A stretch of 64,000 nt of DNA from assembly GCA_030141605.1 (NCBI GenBank), contig JAQGDQ010000736.1:40851-104850 (forward strand). The letters are read 5' to 3'. Positions 14,774 through 29,367 of the stretch are shown piece by piece. Source of the stretch: Tubiluchus corallicola. Lineage: Eukaryota; Animalia; Priapulida. How positions within the stretch are numbered: position 1 is the first letter of the stretch; the number at the start of each line of letters is the position of its first letter. Under the pieces are notes generated by a model. It saw only the letters and a list, made by a program, of their open reading frames with translations. It was not told the DNA's origin and did not search any database. The position numbers and the translations under genes are program-made.

Positions 14774-15277
14774 AAAGAGAATTGAGCTTAGAATTGTTGT
14801 TTGAAGTTGAGAGGAGTTTAGAATTGGTCAGGACCTTCACATCACATTTATTATCTTAACTAGCTGCGCTTAATTCGCCAGTTATGGCGGGACTCGACTT
14901 GCTGTCATGGTCTGTTGTTGTCAAGAAAGCTTCATGTGCAAATTACGCATCAACGTGCCAGTTCTAAATAACGGTGAAGAATGCTGAAGGTCTTTACATG
15001 AATATTTATTAGGGAAGCTATAAGATAAGGTCATCCACAATTACTTCGTAACGCAATTGTCCCTTGGAAACTGGTAATCATGGTGGAAATTTGAATATCG
15101 GGTGGACAGATTGTTGATTGAAATTTATTTGTAGTGGAAAGCTAGGTCGAGGAATAGAAGGGTGGGCGGAACAATTCTCAGCAGATAAAAGCGGGCCACT
15201 GGCTTTACGTACTGATCGCACTAACACTTTAGTCATCAAACTGCAGTACAAGCATATTTAATCATGTATTTAATTCA

Positions 15278-17500
15278 ATGGCTTCTGAATGTATGTCAAA
15301 CGAAATGATTAAAGCAACTATTCCATTTTTAAGTCCTTGTTTGTGCAAAGTGTTTATTTACCTGCACGAAAAGTATCTCACAATTTGGCAAGAAAGTTAC
15401 GTAATGCCAAGACACAAAAGAAGACGACAAAAATTACAGAGGGTGTGGAGCAAACTGTTTGCTACTGTCTTAAATAAACGTCTGCAAGAATATTTAGTAG
15501 CGAATAATATCATTTCAAATACTCAAATTAGATTTCAAAAGGGCCGCCCATTTGACGACCATATTTTTAACTCGTAAATGACAGTGGTAAACTATTTTTG
15601 TTTCATATATGAAAAAAACCATTTGACTCCATGTGGAGGGTGACACGGGAAATCTTTGACAGTTTCAATTTTGATTTAGGGTTGAAACGAGGCTGTGCTC
15701 GGTCCAGCATTGTTTTCACTTTTTATAAACTATCTCTCCAATGAACTTAATGCAGAATGTGACCGAATTACAATTTTTCATAGTAAAATAAACCATATCG
15801 CCGAGGACATAATTTTAGTTTTCTCTAGCAAAATAGTTTGCGGACGCTCCTGAATAAATTAAGATTATATTGTGATATATTGTCATTAAAAGTTAATTTA
15901 TCTAAACAAAAATGATTATTTTTATGCATTTGGTAGCCAATTGAAACACAGAAAGGTTTATTATGAAACTAGGTTGATAGAAAACTGCAAAAAACTGCCA
16001 GAATTATAACTATTTTGGTATCTATATGTGTGCTCCTGCCTTACTGGCTAACAGTATTGGTGCGGTAAAAGATAAAGATTACAAATCGCCGTATTCAATA
16101 ACTGTTTTGTCGCGATTTAAATGTAAGTTCATCTGTGAATACATTCAGCAGTGCTGTTCAACCGATTTTAACTAACATCTCTAGTTAAAACGTGGCTCCA
16201 TTTTCATTTAATAATTCTTTGAATAAGCTTGGAAGCTGACTATGGTAAATTCGATACCGTATATGCAAAATTCTGTAAATATGTGTTTGGAGGGCACTCA
16301 AAGGCTGCTGACCTAGCTGCTGACCTAGCTGCTGCCCTAGCTGTTAAGGCAGAGTTGCGATTGTACCCCACATATATTAACGTAATTAAAAGGATGGCTA
16401 ATTTTTGGTTGCATGTTTTTCAAATTCCAAATTCTTTGGTATTTTATGCATGCTTATTAAGTAAACAAATTAGGAATGAGGGCATTTGTACGTGCGTAAC
16501 GTGCGTTAAGAAAGTTTTGTGTAATCTCTGTAATGTATGGATAGTAAACAATTACTACACGCTATTACAAAGAAATTGAAGAAATTGTATGAACAATATT
16601 TTTTACTGATATTTATAATGACAATCTTTGGGGACAATCTAATTTGCGCACATATAGGCTTTTTAAATCAGGTATGAGAGCTAAAAAGTTATCTATTTTT
16701 TTTAAATGTATCTAAAAAGGCTGTGTGCCAATTTTGCAATAAATTATAAATGCACATAAACTCGCAGTTGAAGTACCGTATTTTCCCGTTTATAAGAGAC
16801 CCTTGTGTATAAGAGACCCCTTCAATTTTTAGGCAAAAATTCTGGAAAAAAGTTTTTTCAGACGGACATTTTTAGAGGGTAAAGTACAACTTTTTTCAAC
16901 TCAGTGCGGTACTGAAAACAAAATAAAACCAGTTAATGTGTTGTAGAAAAAGAGTACTGGTATATATTAAAGTGCGTACCTGCAAACCTGTAACAGGAAA
17001 AGAGAAAACGAGGAGATAATGCCTGTGTCACGATGCTTGTATTGCTTACAACCGCTTCATAGTCGAACGCCACACGCAAAACAGTTGTAGAGCACTTATT
17101 TCTTTAAAATCATTAGTGTCACAATTTATGCATCTTATTGAAAAGACTTACTCCCATGTATAAGAGACCCCCTATTTTTAAAGTGAAAATTCTGAGCAAA
17201 AAAGGGTCTCTTATACACGGGAAAATACGGTAGCCTGGTATTCACCGTCCATAATTTCTCCAAATTCGAGAATTTGTAAATTTTGTAACATCAGTGTAAC
17301 AAAAGACGAACTACACTTTAATAAAGGTATAGTAGATATAAGAAACTCTGTAAGAACGAAATTCTATTCAGATATAACAAGTATTGTCGAAAATGGCATT
17401 CCTAGTATAATTAATCATTCAACCTTTACTACTTTATTAAAGTGTATCGCAAACGCGAATGTAATGATAGGCTATACATGTACTAGAATAATTTAAAGCC
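15278..17500 (+). mobile_element. Decayed LINE ORF2 (RT to C-terminal Cys/His tail), interrupted by the 16776 MITE
   Basis: SKLFATVLNKRL...TQIRFQKGR..DHIF, KFCKYVFG, AVKAEL, INAHKLAVE | RICKFCN...DELHF continuing across the MITE. Confidence 0.75.
16776..17230. mobile_element. Tc2/pogo-like MITE (455 bp) inserted in a LINE relic
   Basis: TA TSD; TIR CCGTATTTTCCCGT(T/G)TATAAGAGACCC; subterminal tataagagaccc repeats. Confidence 0.9.
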
Positions 17501-18179
17501 ACGTAAAAAATAACTGGTGTGCGTAGTAGACTTAATGTGACAAGTCATTAATTTAGTAATTACTAATTAGCCATAAAATGTTTCTTGAATACCTGCCAAA
17601 CTGAATTTTCCTGGTCAGGACCATATATGCCTGCTCAGGGAGTTTTTCCTTGGAAAACTGTTATCTTGTGATGCAGGGCATAATACCTGTTTTGTCTATA
17701 CACCATACTCTAATGCTTGTCTATGCACAATAATTAGTAAAATGCTAGGTTAGATAGCTTAAAATGTTATTTTTTTACGGTAAAACTTTGATGTTTTGTA
17801 CTAACTTATAAGGTACCGACTAACCAATTTGTTATAATCTATTTTCGTGTCTTAAATGCAATAATTATCATTTAGTGTTTTAGTAGTTGTGTTCGTGTTT
17901 TCATGGCTAAGAGAGAAATTCAGATCCCACAAACTACACTAAAAATCAAAACAATTTCTAGTTAGATTAAGGGACCTTCGAGCTTTAACGTTTCGATTAC
18001 ATGTAGAATAACGGCATTAATCGTAATGACATAGTACCTAAAACTCTGATCAATACATTGTCTACCCATTTTATTATGCGGATGCGAAATTGGAGGTCTA
18101 TCAAACAATGAAGTTAATGCCGTTAGGTAAAATGGAACACTGCTTATAGAAAAATATTCGGTTTTAGACAAAATGAAAG

Positions 18180-18586
18180 CGTGAAATTGTTAATGTATTT
18201 TTGTGGCACAATGCCTGCGAATTATTTAATTGATAGTCGAAAATTAAACTTTGTGAGAAAATTGCAAAGTCTTGCAAATTGAGAATTAAAAAGCTATGCT
18301 ATTATGTAAATGACAGTCAAGTAAATTCAAGACAAATATGGTTGTACTGTAGATCTAAACGAAAATGTAAAATTAAATTTTAAGAACTCATTTAAAGATT
18401 ATGTTTTAAGATATCTATTATAGCTCCTTACAACACTGTATACTGTAATATAATTACAAGGGAACTACAATGTGTGGTTATTATAAAGTTGAATGTCTGT
18501 AGATATGTTACTTTACTATTATCGCATTACCTGTTTTACAGCATCTTTATCTTTGTAAACGGTATATTTTTATACGAAATAAACTC

Positions 18587-18655
<69 letters not shown>
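18180..18655 (+). mobile_element. LINE 3' end with (TAA)n tail
   Basis: ORF tail LLMYFCGTMP...RKLNF, AATAAA, then (AAT)n 18588-18653; second copy inverted at 22835-23165. Confidence 0.7.
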
Positions 18656-18658
<3 letters not shown>

Positions 18659-19469
18659 AGAAAAGCTTTTCAGTCTGATTGCTTTAAAACCATAAAGAAA
18701 CAATTTATGAAAACACGAAAGTTCTCAACATATCCGTCGTTTTCAAACACATGTAAATATGATAAATTTGTGTTTTTAGTAATATAAATGATACTGAGGT
18801 AAAAGGTATTTTGACAAGTATATTTACGACATATTTACAGTCGGAAGCCATATAGAAACTATAAGTTTGCACTGCATTGTGTTATAATGTAAATAAATGA
18901 TACTTGAATGAGAGGTATTTTTTTCAAAATAACGCTAGTTTGTTTATGATTTAGCTCTAATAATAACATTATAGGACAGTTTTCGTTTTTGACAGATACG
19001 TATCTGTCACTGCTGCTATAAAATTGCTAAATAGTTTCACAGCAAGTGAAAAGTCTCTTTTGGCGAACATCCAACTGAAGCCTAGAACGGCCTGCCTTCA
19101 TTGGAGTGACTTAGTTAGACAAAATACATCGCCACCATAAGATGTATTATAAATTATGCTAACCTTCCCATGTTGCACCTTGGTTTTATGTTGCCGTAAT
19201 TCCTTAGCAGTTCACAATCTACAGTTCGATTCTTGCTCTCCACATTATTCATTTCCAACAAGAACAACAGCAAGAGCAATGTCAATGTTGATGACGATGA
19301 CCACAACAATAGCAACAGCAGCAGCAAGAGCAATGGCAACAACGACAACAAAGTACTGTGACCGTTAGCTACTCATTTTGCCATCTTTGACACTGTGTGC
19401 AGTGGTCTCGAACAGAGAAGCAAAAAGTGACGGGTATCTAGCTCATGTCCAGACGGCTTCGTGTGCAAA

Positions 19470-19712
19470 CATTAATTATTATACCTTTATAAGTTTGGTT
19501 TTATTATGCGGACACTGGACGAACATATATGTTGACCTTCTGACCTTGACCTTTCGATTTTTAAAGCCTAAAAGCAAAGGACTTCCAGTTCTTGTTTTGA
19601 CCTATCCCAAGCCAAGTCGGTAATTCATCCACTTTCACTTTACTGTGTGAACAGACATATAGACATGCAGACATACAGACAAAAACAGCAACTAAACGCC
19701 TAACGAGGTGAT
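19470..19712 (+). mobile_element. Helentron/HINE-like non-autonomous relic
   Basis: TGACCTTGACCTT motif followed by a degenerate (GACA)n tract. Confidence 0.45.
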
Positions 19713-21639
19713 GATGAGTCCAAGCTTTTAATAAACTCAGTGCGCATCGTTAGACAATCCTTGTCAAAATCAATAGGTGTTTTTCACTGCTTGGACGCTT
19801 GAGAAAAGCCGCAGTTATAACATCTAAAACTAACTGCACAAAGCGGAACGGCAAAATGGAGTATCCATTGCAAAAGATTGCAAATCAGATCCTCCTGAGA
19901 TTTGGGAAATCAACAGAACGTAGCAAACGTCTTAACTAATGAAAGTCGTATCTAAATTAAATTTTTATCTTCATGGCAGAGACTGCTACTAAATGAGTCA
20001 TTAGAACATCCATTAATTTCATAGCAGAAATTATATTGGTCTGTAATAGCGTTAACAAAGCTCTCTTTCTAAGTTCTATTAAGATGGCTGCCTTTGGGGA
20101 GATTTTTGGCTCCATCCCATCTCACGACTGTCAAGGCGGGCTTCCAAGGGATAAAATATACTAAGTCGGACATCTAAAACTCAACATCTAACTGTTCATA
20201 CTGGTTTAGTCTCAAGCCAAAAAGATTATTATAAAGTAAACGTAAAAGTAAAAAATAAAAACTAGCGCAAACACACCTTGCACAGTGAAATGCACACAGT
20301 TTTCAATCCATTCAGCTCAGTCCTATGGCAACAGAACAGCGTGTAAGGTGCTTCTAATATTACTTTATATTAGTCTCTTTGCTTTGAGACCTAAGCCAAT
20401 ATGAGCACTTAGATTACAGATATTAGCCCACCTTCTAAGTTCGAAGCCTTGAACATTCCCAAGAAATAGTTGTAGATGAGAAACAAATGGAACTTTCCCC
20501 TGCGGGTAGCCCTGTCAACGCAACATTAGAAAGAGGCTTAATTAATGCTGTTCAGTTGAAATGTGCACACGGTTTCAATGCACCATCATTACTAGATCTC
20601 TGCTCGTGAAAGAGAAAGCTAGACAGTACTCATGTTTGAAGGTCTGATTCAACAGCAAACACAAACGATTCAGCAAACATCGTATACAAGTTCAACTAAC
20701 AAAGCCCAATTCTGGAGCAGAAAGGTTTACGGAAGAGCAGTAATTAAAGAAGAATTTTAATGTCTGTAGCTTGGGTTGGCAGGAATCCTGTCGTGAGAGA
20801 ATAAAAATGTGAGTGATGATGGTAAAACGTTAAAAGGACGAGAATTTGGCGGAAAGGGTTTTAAAATTCCCAGAATTCAGAAAAAATGCATATCAGCAGA
20901 GCAGAAAGATACTTGGCCTAGCCGATTAATGAAGAAAATGACCTAAAAATCTAATCTAGTCATTAACATGAAAATGCTAAGTCTTTTACTTTTATTCACG
21001 TCTTTTCCGCTTTTTCATATTACCGTCATTTTACGAATTTTCATTTTATCGCCATCATTTTGAGAATGATTGTAGATCAGAAACGGACTGTCTAGAGTTA
21101 GTAAAATGTCTGTCACCAATATAGGTATAAAGTGGCGTGCGTTTTGTCCTTGTCTTATACAACTGTGAAGCAAAAAGGTAAGAATCTCTCTCGGGTCTCG
21201 TATCACTGCTATTTTATCACCACTTTATCTTTATTATTTTGTTGGCAAGGCGCAACTAAAATTAATAAATAGAAAATGAAACTGAATCCAGGTATAGCCT
21301 TGCCTTAGCAATCCACGGAGACTGCACACAGTTTAAACCCCAAGAACGGAAAAAATGGACTATCATTACTGAGGAGAAAAAAACATAATTACTACCTACT
21401 GTGCGCCAGAAATTTTGAAAATTTGTAACAATAGCCCGAGAAAGAAACACTGCAAAAAATGGGCGCACATATAAAAGAGGACATCGATATATCCATCCAT
21501 GTACAGACAGCAGTGGCAGCAGCAACAGCAGAAGCAGCAGCAATACCAGTACCAAAAAATTTTATTGACTAATTTTCAAAAACATTTGTAAAACATTATG
21601 ACATAAAATTAGTTCACAACAATTTACAGTGTGCTATTT

Positions 21640-22240
21640 TCAAATCAAATCAAATCGATTTATTTCACTCCAGCAATACATATACAATGCATCAACATAC
21701 AATATGATTAGAAAAAAAACAGTATAGGAAAAAACATTGATGACGTCAAATTAACCAAATAAAACTCGGGAATGAACCAGGAACCTTTAGATATACGCTC
21801 TACTACAGTTCAAAAAGGTTCCGACTGAACTCTGTATAAATAAGACTGTTCCAAATTTTGCAAGGGCAAATTTGAATACCGCTTTTCATGTAATTATACC
21901 ATCCATACTAAAAACAAGCTACTGGTCACAGCTACAGCGACTAGTATGCTACAGTAGAATACTATACAGAAAACACAAAGTAATTTAACTTAAATTTATT
22001 TAAATACTTTCAAAATCTCATAGCAAATCTTAAAAACAATGCCTGAACCATTTAATCGATTTAAGAGAATTTGCATTTTATAAAGCTGTTACGTCTCACT
22101 CATATAGCTATATTATTAGAGTCCTTTGTGAAATAAATAAGAAAGGTCAATCCATTCTTAAAAACATAAGACACGGGTGAACATATTTAGTATTAATGTA
22201 AAACATCTAGTAGAAAATGTATTTTATAAGGATCTAAATG
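21640..22240 (-). mobile_element. LINE 3' relic
   Basis: (ATTTG)n tail and AATAAA on the minus strand at 21640-21665. Confidence 0.4.
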
Positions 22241-22834
22241 CGAAAAACTTACTATGAATTTCAAACCTGTAAAATATTGTAATTTATTTTAATATGTAAC
22301 GTGAATATGATTGTATTGTATTTTATTATGTGCTGTACCTTTGATTCGAAAAGAGAAATAGAAACATTATCACCGCTAGTATCGAGGTTAGTGACTCAAA
22401 GTTTTCGTCTGAAAATTACCTTCTAAAGGTGTTGCATCGACATAGATTGCTGCTCATCATTTCCGATGGATTACATCATTTAACAGCAGTAATGGAGGTG
22501 AACCGCATGTGGTATCCCTTTTCAAAAGTTAATAATGGGCGATGCTAGGAGTTAATTACGATCAGAGCACAGAATTTTAAACCAGAGTTGATCACAGGAT
22601 AGAATCTGTCCAAGTTCGTTGAGATCTTCAAGTTCGCCAAGTTCGTTTACGTACACTAAAATGAGCTGCCCCTTTTGCATCACTTTTGAAAACAGAATTG
22701 CTTTTCGCGAAATTACGGGAGAGACGAGCTATAAAAGTTATGTGGAAGTGAGATTTTGTATTAATACTAAAATAGCTAGGTTACTTTTATAGCTGTTAGT
22801 AACTTTTATGGGTTATTCGATTATGCCGAATCAT

Positions 22835-23165
22835 TTATTATTATGAGTTTATTTCGTATAAAAATATACAGTTTACAAAGATAAAGATATTAGTAAAGTA
22901 ACATATCTACAGACATTCAACTTTATAATGACCACACATTGTAGTTCCTTGTAATTATATTACATTATACAGTGTTGTAAGGAGCTATAATAGATATCTT
23001 AAAACATAATCTTTAAATGAGTTCTTAACCTTTAATTTTACATTTTCGTTTAGGTCTATAGTACAACCATATTTAAATCTTAAATTTACTTGACTGTTAT
23101 TTACATAGTAGCATAGCTTTGGAATTCTCAATGTGCAAGAGTTTACAATTTTTCTCACAATTTAT
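22835..23165 (-). mobile_element. Second copy of the same LINE 3' end
   Basis: Reverse complement aligns closely with 18250-18600. Confidence 0.75.
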
Positions 23166-23460
23166 TTTTGGTGCACCACCACTTTACCACTATGTTTACT
23201 AAAAAGCAAGGGTACGACATGAAAAAATGCGCTGTAATAATTCCCCTTCAGTGTTATTATATTGCTTGATATGAAATGCACATTTTTTGCATTTTCTGAA
23301 CAAGAGATTTATAACAATACTAATTCGAAGTGTGGACTAAAACTTGTGCTTGTATAGAACACACCAGGTTTGGTGCAGTTACACCTGTAAATGTTTAGTC
23401 ACTTAAGCTTACGATGAGCTGACTTTCATATAAAGATAAAATCCACAGCCACTTGAATTA

Positions 23461-24010
23461 AGGTGCCTTGTCTCTGATTTTGAGATGGTATATAAAATCT
23501 GTCAGAAAATGGTGGATTTAAATTTCGGTGATTTTTTTCAGTATGCTTCAATCGATCAATTGCGTGGTCAAAATTCTCATTTGTTAATAGAGAGTAGTAA
23601 ACATTTGGAATATTCTGGATTCCCTCGATGCTACTAGTTTGTCCGTTTTTAGCAATCGATTAGCTAACGTTAATTTTCTGTCTTATTGTAACTTCATCCG
23701 AAACGTGTAAGATTGTCATAGGCCTATTTGGTTCGTTCCATGCCATATTATTGTATATAATGTGTTGTATAGAGTACATAATTCGTAGTTACAATATAGG
23801 AGTGTTGTAAAGTTTTAGATCCGATATGTAGAAAGAAAATCATCTTTAGATATAGAATTTGCGAACTATATTCTTTATTGTGTACAGGAAGAAGTCGTAC
23901 CGTAAACTAAACTAAACATATCTTTCTCTAAAAATTGACCTAGTTAAAGGCCTGAACTGGATTGAAGCCCAAGTGAATAAAGCAAAATTTAATTTCTCTA
24001 CAAGGAACCT
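23461..24010. mobile_element. Kolobok-like MITE (third family)
   Basis: TIR AGGTGCCTTGT / ACAAGGAACCT; right flank TTAA, left flank ATTA. Confidence 0.55.
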
Positions 24011-24639
24011 TTAAATGAGATGCATTTAATTTTATGATATTGTTTATAGAACCGGCATAATTTTATATATGTTTCATAGGATAAGCGTATAAATGAGCTG
24101 GCGCCTGCTTATTTCTTCTTTTATACTACTTTAATATATGTATAAATGTCAATAAATAAAGAATAAAAATAATAAAAAAACTGGGTTACTTTGCATTCAT
24201 ATTCACACGTTACCTTATCTTATTATTAAAACTCAAGCACCGAAATAACTGCCATGTTTGAGTCATAAACGTCTAAGATTGAGCAATTTCATTTTCACTG
24301 CAGCGTTATTGTGCATTTCATAGCGTTAACTTCATCATTAGGACACTCAGACATAAAGTGCCTACTAGCATCAAAGAAAGCGGCTGTGAATTTTCAAGAT
24401 AAGTAAAAATTTCACTGCAATAAATTGAAGGCAAAAGGAAGCAAGGAAAGTCCCGCTTTTTAATTAACTTTTCAGCTTATGTTATGAGAAGAGGTATTAA
24501 TCAACAACCCTAATAGAAAAGATTTTCATGATGATGAGTTTTAATGAAAGAACTCGTTAAACATCATTTGCCCTTAATGATATAGACCCACAATTAATTA
24601 AATTTTCATAAAAAAATGAAAGAAAGGAAATGTGAAAGT

Positions 24640-24710
24640 GTGTCAGGCTGGATTTGAACCACGGACCTTCTGCTTACAAGGCAGATGCGTCTCCAGTATT
24701 CTCTAGTGGT
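24640..24710 (-). pseudogene. tRNA-Thr(TGT)-like relic or SINE head
   Basis: Minus strand: TCTGC-CTTGTAA-GCAGA anticodon arm, AGGTC, TGG-TTCAAAT-CCA T-arm; D-arm and acceptor stem degenerate. Confidence 0.5.
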
Positions 24711-25773
24711 TAGGATTGTCCAAAATTTATCCTATCCAGCAAACGAAAGGTAAAAAAGCTGGCGAGTGGCGACATTGAACAGCAAAAAGATTTGCTAATA
24801 AGGTATTTGCATCCAGAACAGAGTTATGGTTGTGAAGTGATGAAACTATTGAAAAGGAGGAGTTCGTATATTAAAAGTTTTCTGATGAAAAAGGCTGAAT
24901 GAAAGTGTATCAAAAGGTATGTACTTGTGCGCAGTAGGAATTGCAGAAATTTTGATTGCTCCTGAAAATCTAGAACTTACAAGGGGGTCATAAATTTAAT
25001 TTCAAATTCAATCAACACAAGCTGTAGATGTATAATAAACTACTGTTAATTAGCTCACTGTAATACATGTATAAGACTAACATAAGGTATCATTATACTT
25101 TATTATGTATAACAAAAATTCAATTTTGTTATTGGGATCATGGGAAAGGGGTTGGCCTTTGAGGAGGGGCGGGCCTTGTAAGAAGCGTAATTGTATTGTT
25201 AGTGCTGTTGTTGTTGATGTTTCAAAATAAAAATTTGCAAAATAATAATGTAATTTACTATCATTTGCCCAAACAACAATATGTTGTTTGGGCACCTTTT
25301 TCTGAAATTCGTGATAAATTACTATGCAACAGTTAATCAGTAATCAGAAGCCTATTATTTCTACATTCGGGCTGAAAAACAAGTTTCAAATGGAATTGCA
25401 AGTTCTTGGCGCGCAATAATCTTTGAAGTAAATAATGCAGCATAATGGATTATAATTCAATAATAATAGTAGGTACTATTGAGAGAAAATTAAATAAGGA
25501 AAACATGAAAGCATTCTAAATGTTGAATTTGAAAAACAAAAAATACGCTACTCTACAGCGGAAAAATTTGAGATTTCTGAGTGACATCGAAGGGTTAACT
25601 GAAAATGGGTTAAATTATGCTGATGAATGTGGACGTGAGATGCGAATCAAATAAATTATAGAATGTAAACTAAACTTGACAGAATTGAAGTCGTACTGCA
25701 GAAATAAATGTAAGAGATTCAAACTTGTATTGTTCATTGTGTAAAACGGAGGAAAACAATACTAAACACTTAT

Positions 25774-26284
25774 TATAGGTTTTACAGGTCAAATGTAGAC
25801 CTGCGTTAACTCAAATGTAGATTTAGGTAATTCAAATGTGTCTTGGTAACTCAAATGTAGACTTAGGTAGCTCAAATGTGTTAACAATGGTTCTCAACAA
25901 ATCTTGAGCGCTTTTGGTATGTCAAATGTAGACACATGTCAAGTCAAATGTGACATTGGTATTTCAAATGTGGATAGGTGTTAAAGTTTAGGGATGTTAA
26001 ATTTAATCTTCTTTAATTTCAATTTAATAATTGCTCCTAAGTTAAAATAACAACTTTATAGGCCTACTAATAGATGCACTATCTTTGGTTTATGTTTTTC
26101 TAATTTGCACTTAAATAACTTAATTACCGATTTATTCAAAGTAATGCATCTACATTTGACTTACCTAAGTCACATTTGAGTTACCAAAACACATTCGAAA
26201 TTCCTATGTCTACATTTGACTTACCTAAGTCACATTTGAACTTTCCCGTGTCTACATTTGATGTGTAAAAGTGTAAAACCTATA
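25774..26284. mobile_element. Foldback-like MITE with internally repetitive arms
   Basis: TATAGGTTTTACA ... TGTAAAACCTATA ends; multiple CAAATGT repeats on the left, inverted ACATTTG repeats on the right. Confidence 0.8.
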
Positions 26285-27475
26285 GAGGGTTCAGTCGGAA
26301 ACAATGTATTAGCAGGTGAAGAAAACGAGCATACAAAAGAAGACTTGTAAAGTAATGAGACAGAAATGCTGATTAGAATAAACAAACAAATAAATAAGGT
26401 GCCGAGTCAGTGGGAAAATTAAATTAAATTTGAAGTTTTAAATTAAAAGTATATCGTTCAAATAATTTGGCTTGCTCACTATTAAATTGCATTTTTTGTG
26501 ATATTTGAGCCCGTTTTCTGGAATCTTTGAAAACAGAGTGGCCTCTTTGGAACCGCTAGAACCCCACAACAAAGACTGTTTTTTGTACTTTTTATGAAGC
26601 CATATTCTGAACTATTTGAATTATAAAAATTTTACAAATTTGGCCTGTACCGTAAAATGTCGCGTGGATGTGAGAAAGAATGTGGTTGCTGTATTGGTCG
26701 CTGCAATTACTTGTTTAAAACAGCGTAAACACCGTAACGTGAAACGGCACATTTGGACAAGGATTCTGAATCCGCATGCGTCTTTCCCTTACAACACACT
26801 TTTGCAAGAACTACAAATTGAAGACCCAACGCAATGTCAACATTTTTTGGATATCAGCGGCAGAGATGGAGGAATTTGCAAAACGCGTGGATTCTTTAAA
26901 GGAAAGCAGAGTGATTTTTCATACGTTAGCCCATTTTTAAGTCCGATGAAAGTATACATTTTAACACAATTAATATTGAAAAAGCATTTCTGATAATTAA
27001 ATAATAGTTTAAAAACTTAGTTAACTGGGGGCGAGCCCAACTAGTGAAGACATCACAAACTAACACAATTTTCAACAGTAAAAATATTCCACGAGCGTGT
27101 TACACGTGTTTGCGAAAGCGAAAATGGAGGTACAATGCTACTGTAAGATATTGTGTGTTTCACTAAAACTTGGCAAGTTTTAAGACAAAAATGCAAATTT
27201 CAAATTTACCCCTATGCTCACACATGAGCTGTCGAACGCGTGCAGTTCCTCGTAAACTAACACATCTGAACTGAGAGGTACAGCACCTGTTTTTGTGCAA
27301 TACGTTTTCGAAATGCAGACACTAGTACCCGTCTAACTAGCGAATGATGAAATGCATGTAATAGCGAAGAACTATTGGCGCGAACGGGAAATTATGTTTG
27401 TGTGATAATAATTCCCTCACGAGAGTCCTTTTTGAAAAAATAGTATGTTTCTTTTCAATATTTTAAAAAGTAGAT

Positions 27476-27589
27476 TGTGAAAGTTGTAACTGTATATTTT
27501 AGGTGCTGCCATCTATTGATTAGTTACTTTAACATTTTACTAGTTAAACTCACCCTTAGTACAATTGCTCGGTCCAGTGAATATGCAAA
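27476..27589 (+). repeat. Truncated 5' LTR of the BEL element
   Basis: 114 bp identical to 29368-29481, then jumps straight into RT coding sequence. Confidence 0.9.
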
Positions 27590-29367
27590 ACCGACATCGA
27601 TTCATTCAAATCCGAAGCTATTCAAGATTTCGCCAGTGCCGGCATGAACCTTCGTGCTTGGCAGACTTCTTCCTCTTCTACAAGAGAACGGTGGGAGTGT
27701 AACACTGATGACTTTACCAAAGTTCTCGGTCTCAGCTGGTGCCATCGATCTGATACCATAGCCGCCAGCCTGAGGCTTTCATCTGAACCTCCCATCACTA
27801 AGCGTCAATTGCTAGCATAAAAAAAAATTTTCGATCCTCTGGGATTTATTTCCCCCTTCACCATACGTCTCAGGATTCTCTTTCAGTCACTCTGGAGAGA
27901 GTCACTCGACTGGGAAGATGAACTACCTTCCGGTATTGCTGTACACTGGGGTCGTTTCATTGAGGAAACTCAGCAATACAAATCCCGGATACACTTTCCT
28001 CGACACGTACCAATGACTTCACATTCTGAACTTCACATCTTTTGTGATTCTAGTGAGGCAGCTTATGCAGCTGTTGCGTACGTCAAGACAGACACCAATG
28101 TCAATTTACTCATGTCGAAGAGCAAACTAGCCCCACTCAAACCACAGACTCTGACTCTTCCACGTTTAGAGCTGATGGCTGCTCTTCTTGGGGCTCGTCT
28201 AGGGACTTACATCCAGCAGCATGTATCAGTCCTATCATCATGTATCAGACATTTCTACTCGGACTCAATGGTAACACTCGGATGGATACGAAGTATGCCT
28301 AAAGACGTGTTCGTGAGGAATCGAGTTCGTGAGATCCACACACTCTCGCAAGCCAGCGAGTGGTCTCATGTACCTAGTTCGCAGAATCCCGCAGACCTGC
28401 CAACTCGTGGTTGCAAGCTACTCTACTTGCAACCCTGGACCTTTGGAGACATGGTCCACCTTTTCTCACACACAGGGAGGAGTCGGATTACTCTGTCTGC
28501 GAACAGAAGTCCTCCACTTTGTTTACTGCAGCAACTCCTCTTACAGACTCAGAGAAGACACCACTTTTTCCTGTGGACCGATGGTCTTCCTTTCAAAGAG
28601 CTATAAATGTAACCTCTTATGTGCTCAGATTCGTTCATAATTCGCGACTCATCAAGTCAACTCGCGTCGGCGGACCACTTACGCCACACGAGAGAGTCAA
28701 GGCGATAAACGCTCTTCTTAGAGACAGTCAGTATGTTTGTAGACATACTTAGCTTGCAAAAAGATGGTGATGTAACTCCCTCTTCTTCACTTTGGACTTA
28801 ACTCACCACAGTGGTCACAAAGTTAGAAGAACGCATCAATCGACGCCCGCTCGTTTTGTCTGGAGACGAACCTTTGACTCCAGGACACTTCATCTTTGGA
28901 GCTACTCCACCAGCACTTTTGGACATAAGCATCCACGATTCACCACCTCCTGAAGATCTACAGAGGAGATGGAGACATCGTCTCACCATCAGCACTCATC
29001 TTTGGTCCCGATGGAGGAACGAGTACCTTCTATCCTACGACAATGGAGAACCAAGTCTAGATCTCCAGCTATTCCTAAAGAAGGAGACATCGTTCTCGTC
29101 CATGCCAAGCCTCTACCTCGATGGCGTTGGCCACTAGGGAGGATCAAATCGCTGATTCCCGGTCGAGACGGAAAACCACGAGCAGCCTACATCATGAGTC
29201 ACGGACGCCTTACTCGCCGTCCCCTTTGTCTCCTCTACCCCTTAGAATGCACCTGATCTCTAATGACATACCTCCCAATCTTGCAGTATTTCATTTATTA
29301 TTTTGCTTCACTGTATTGTATTGACTTGTATTGAAACTCTAATTCCTTTCGTTTCAAGGTGGGAGGA

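Noticed and set aside
27503-27518. CTCF/YY1-like GCTGCCATCTA motif in both LTRs and at 61716
   Set aside because: Short motif, and the 61716 match lies inside a coding exon; not distinguishable from chance
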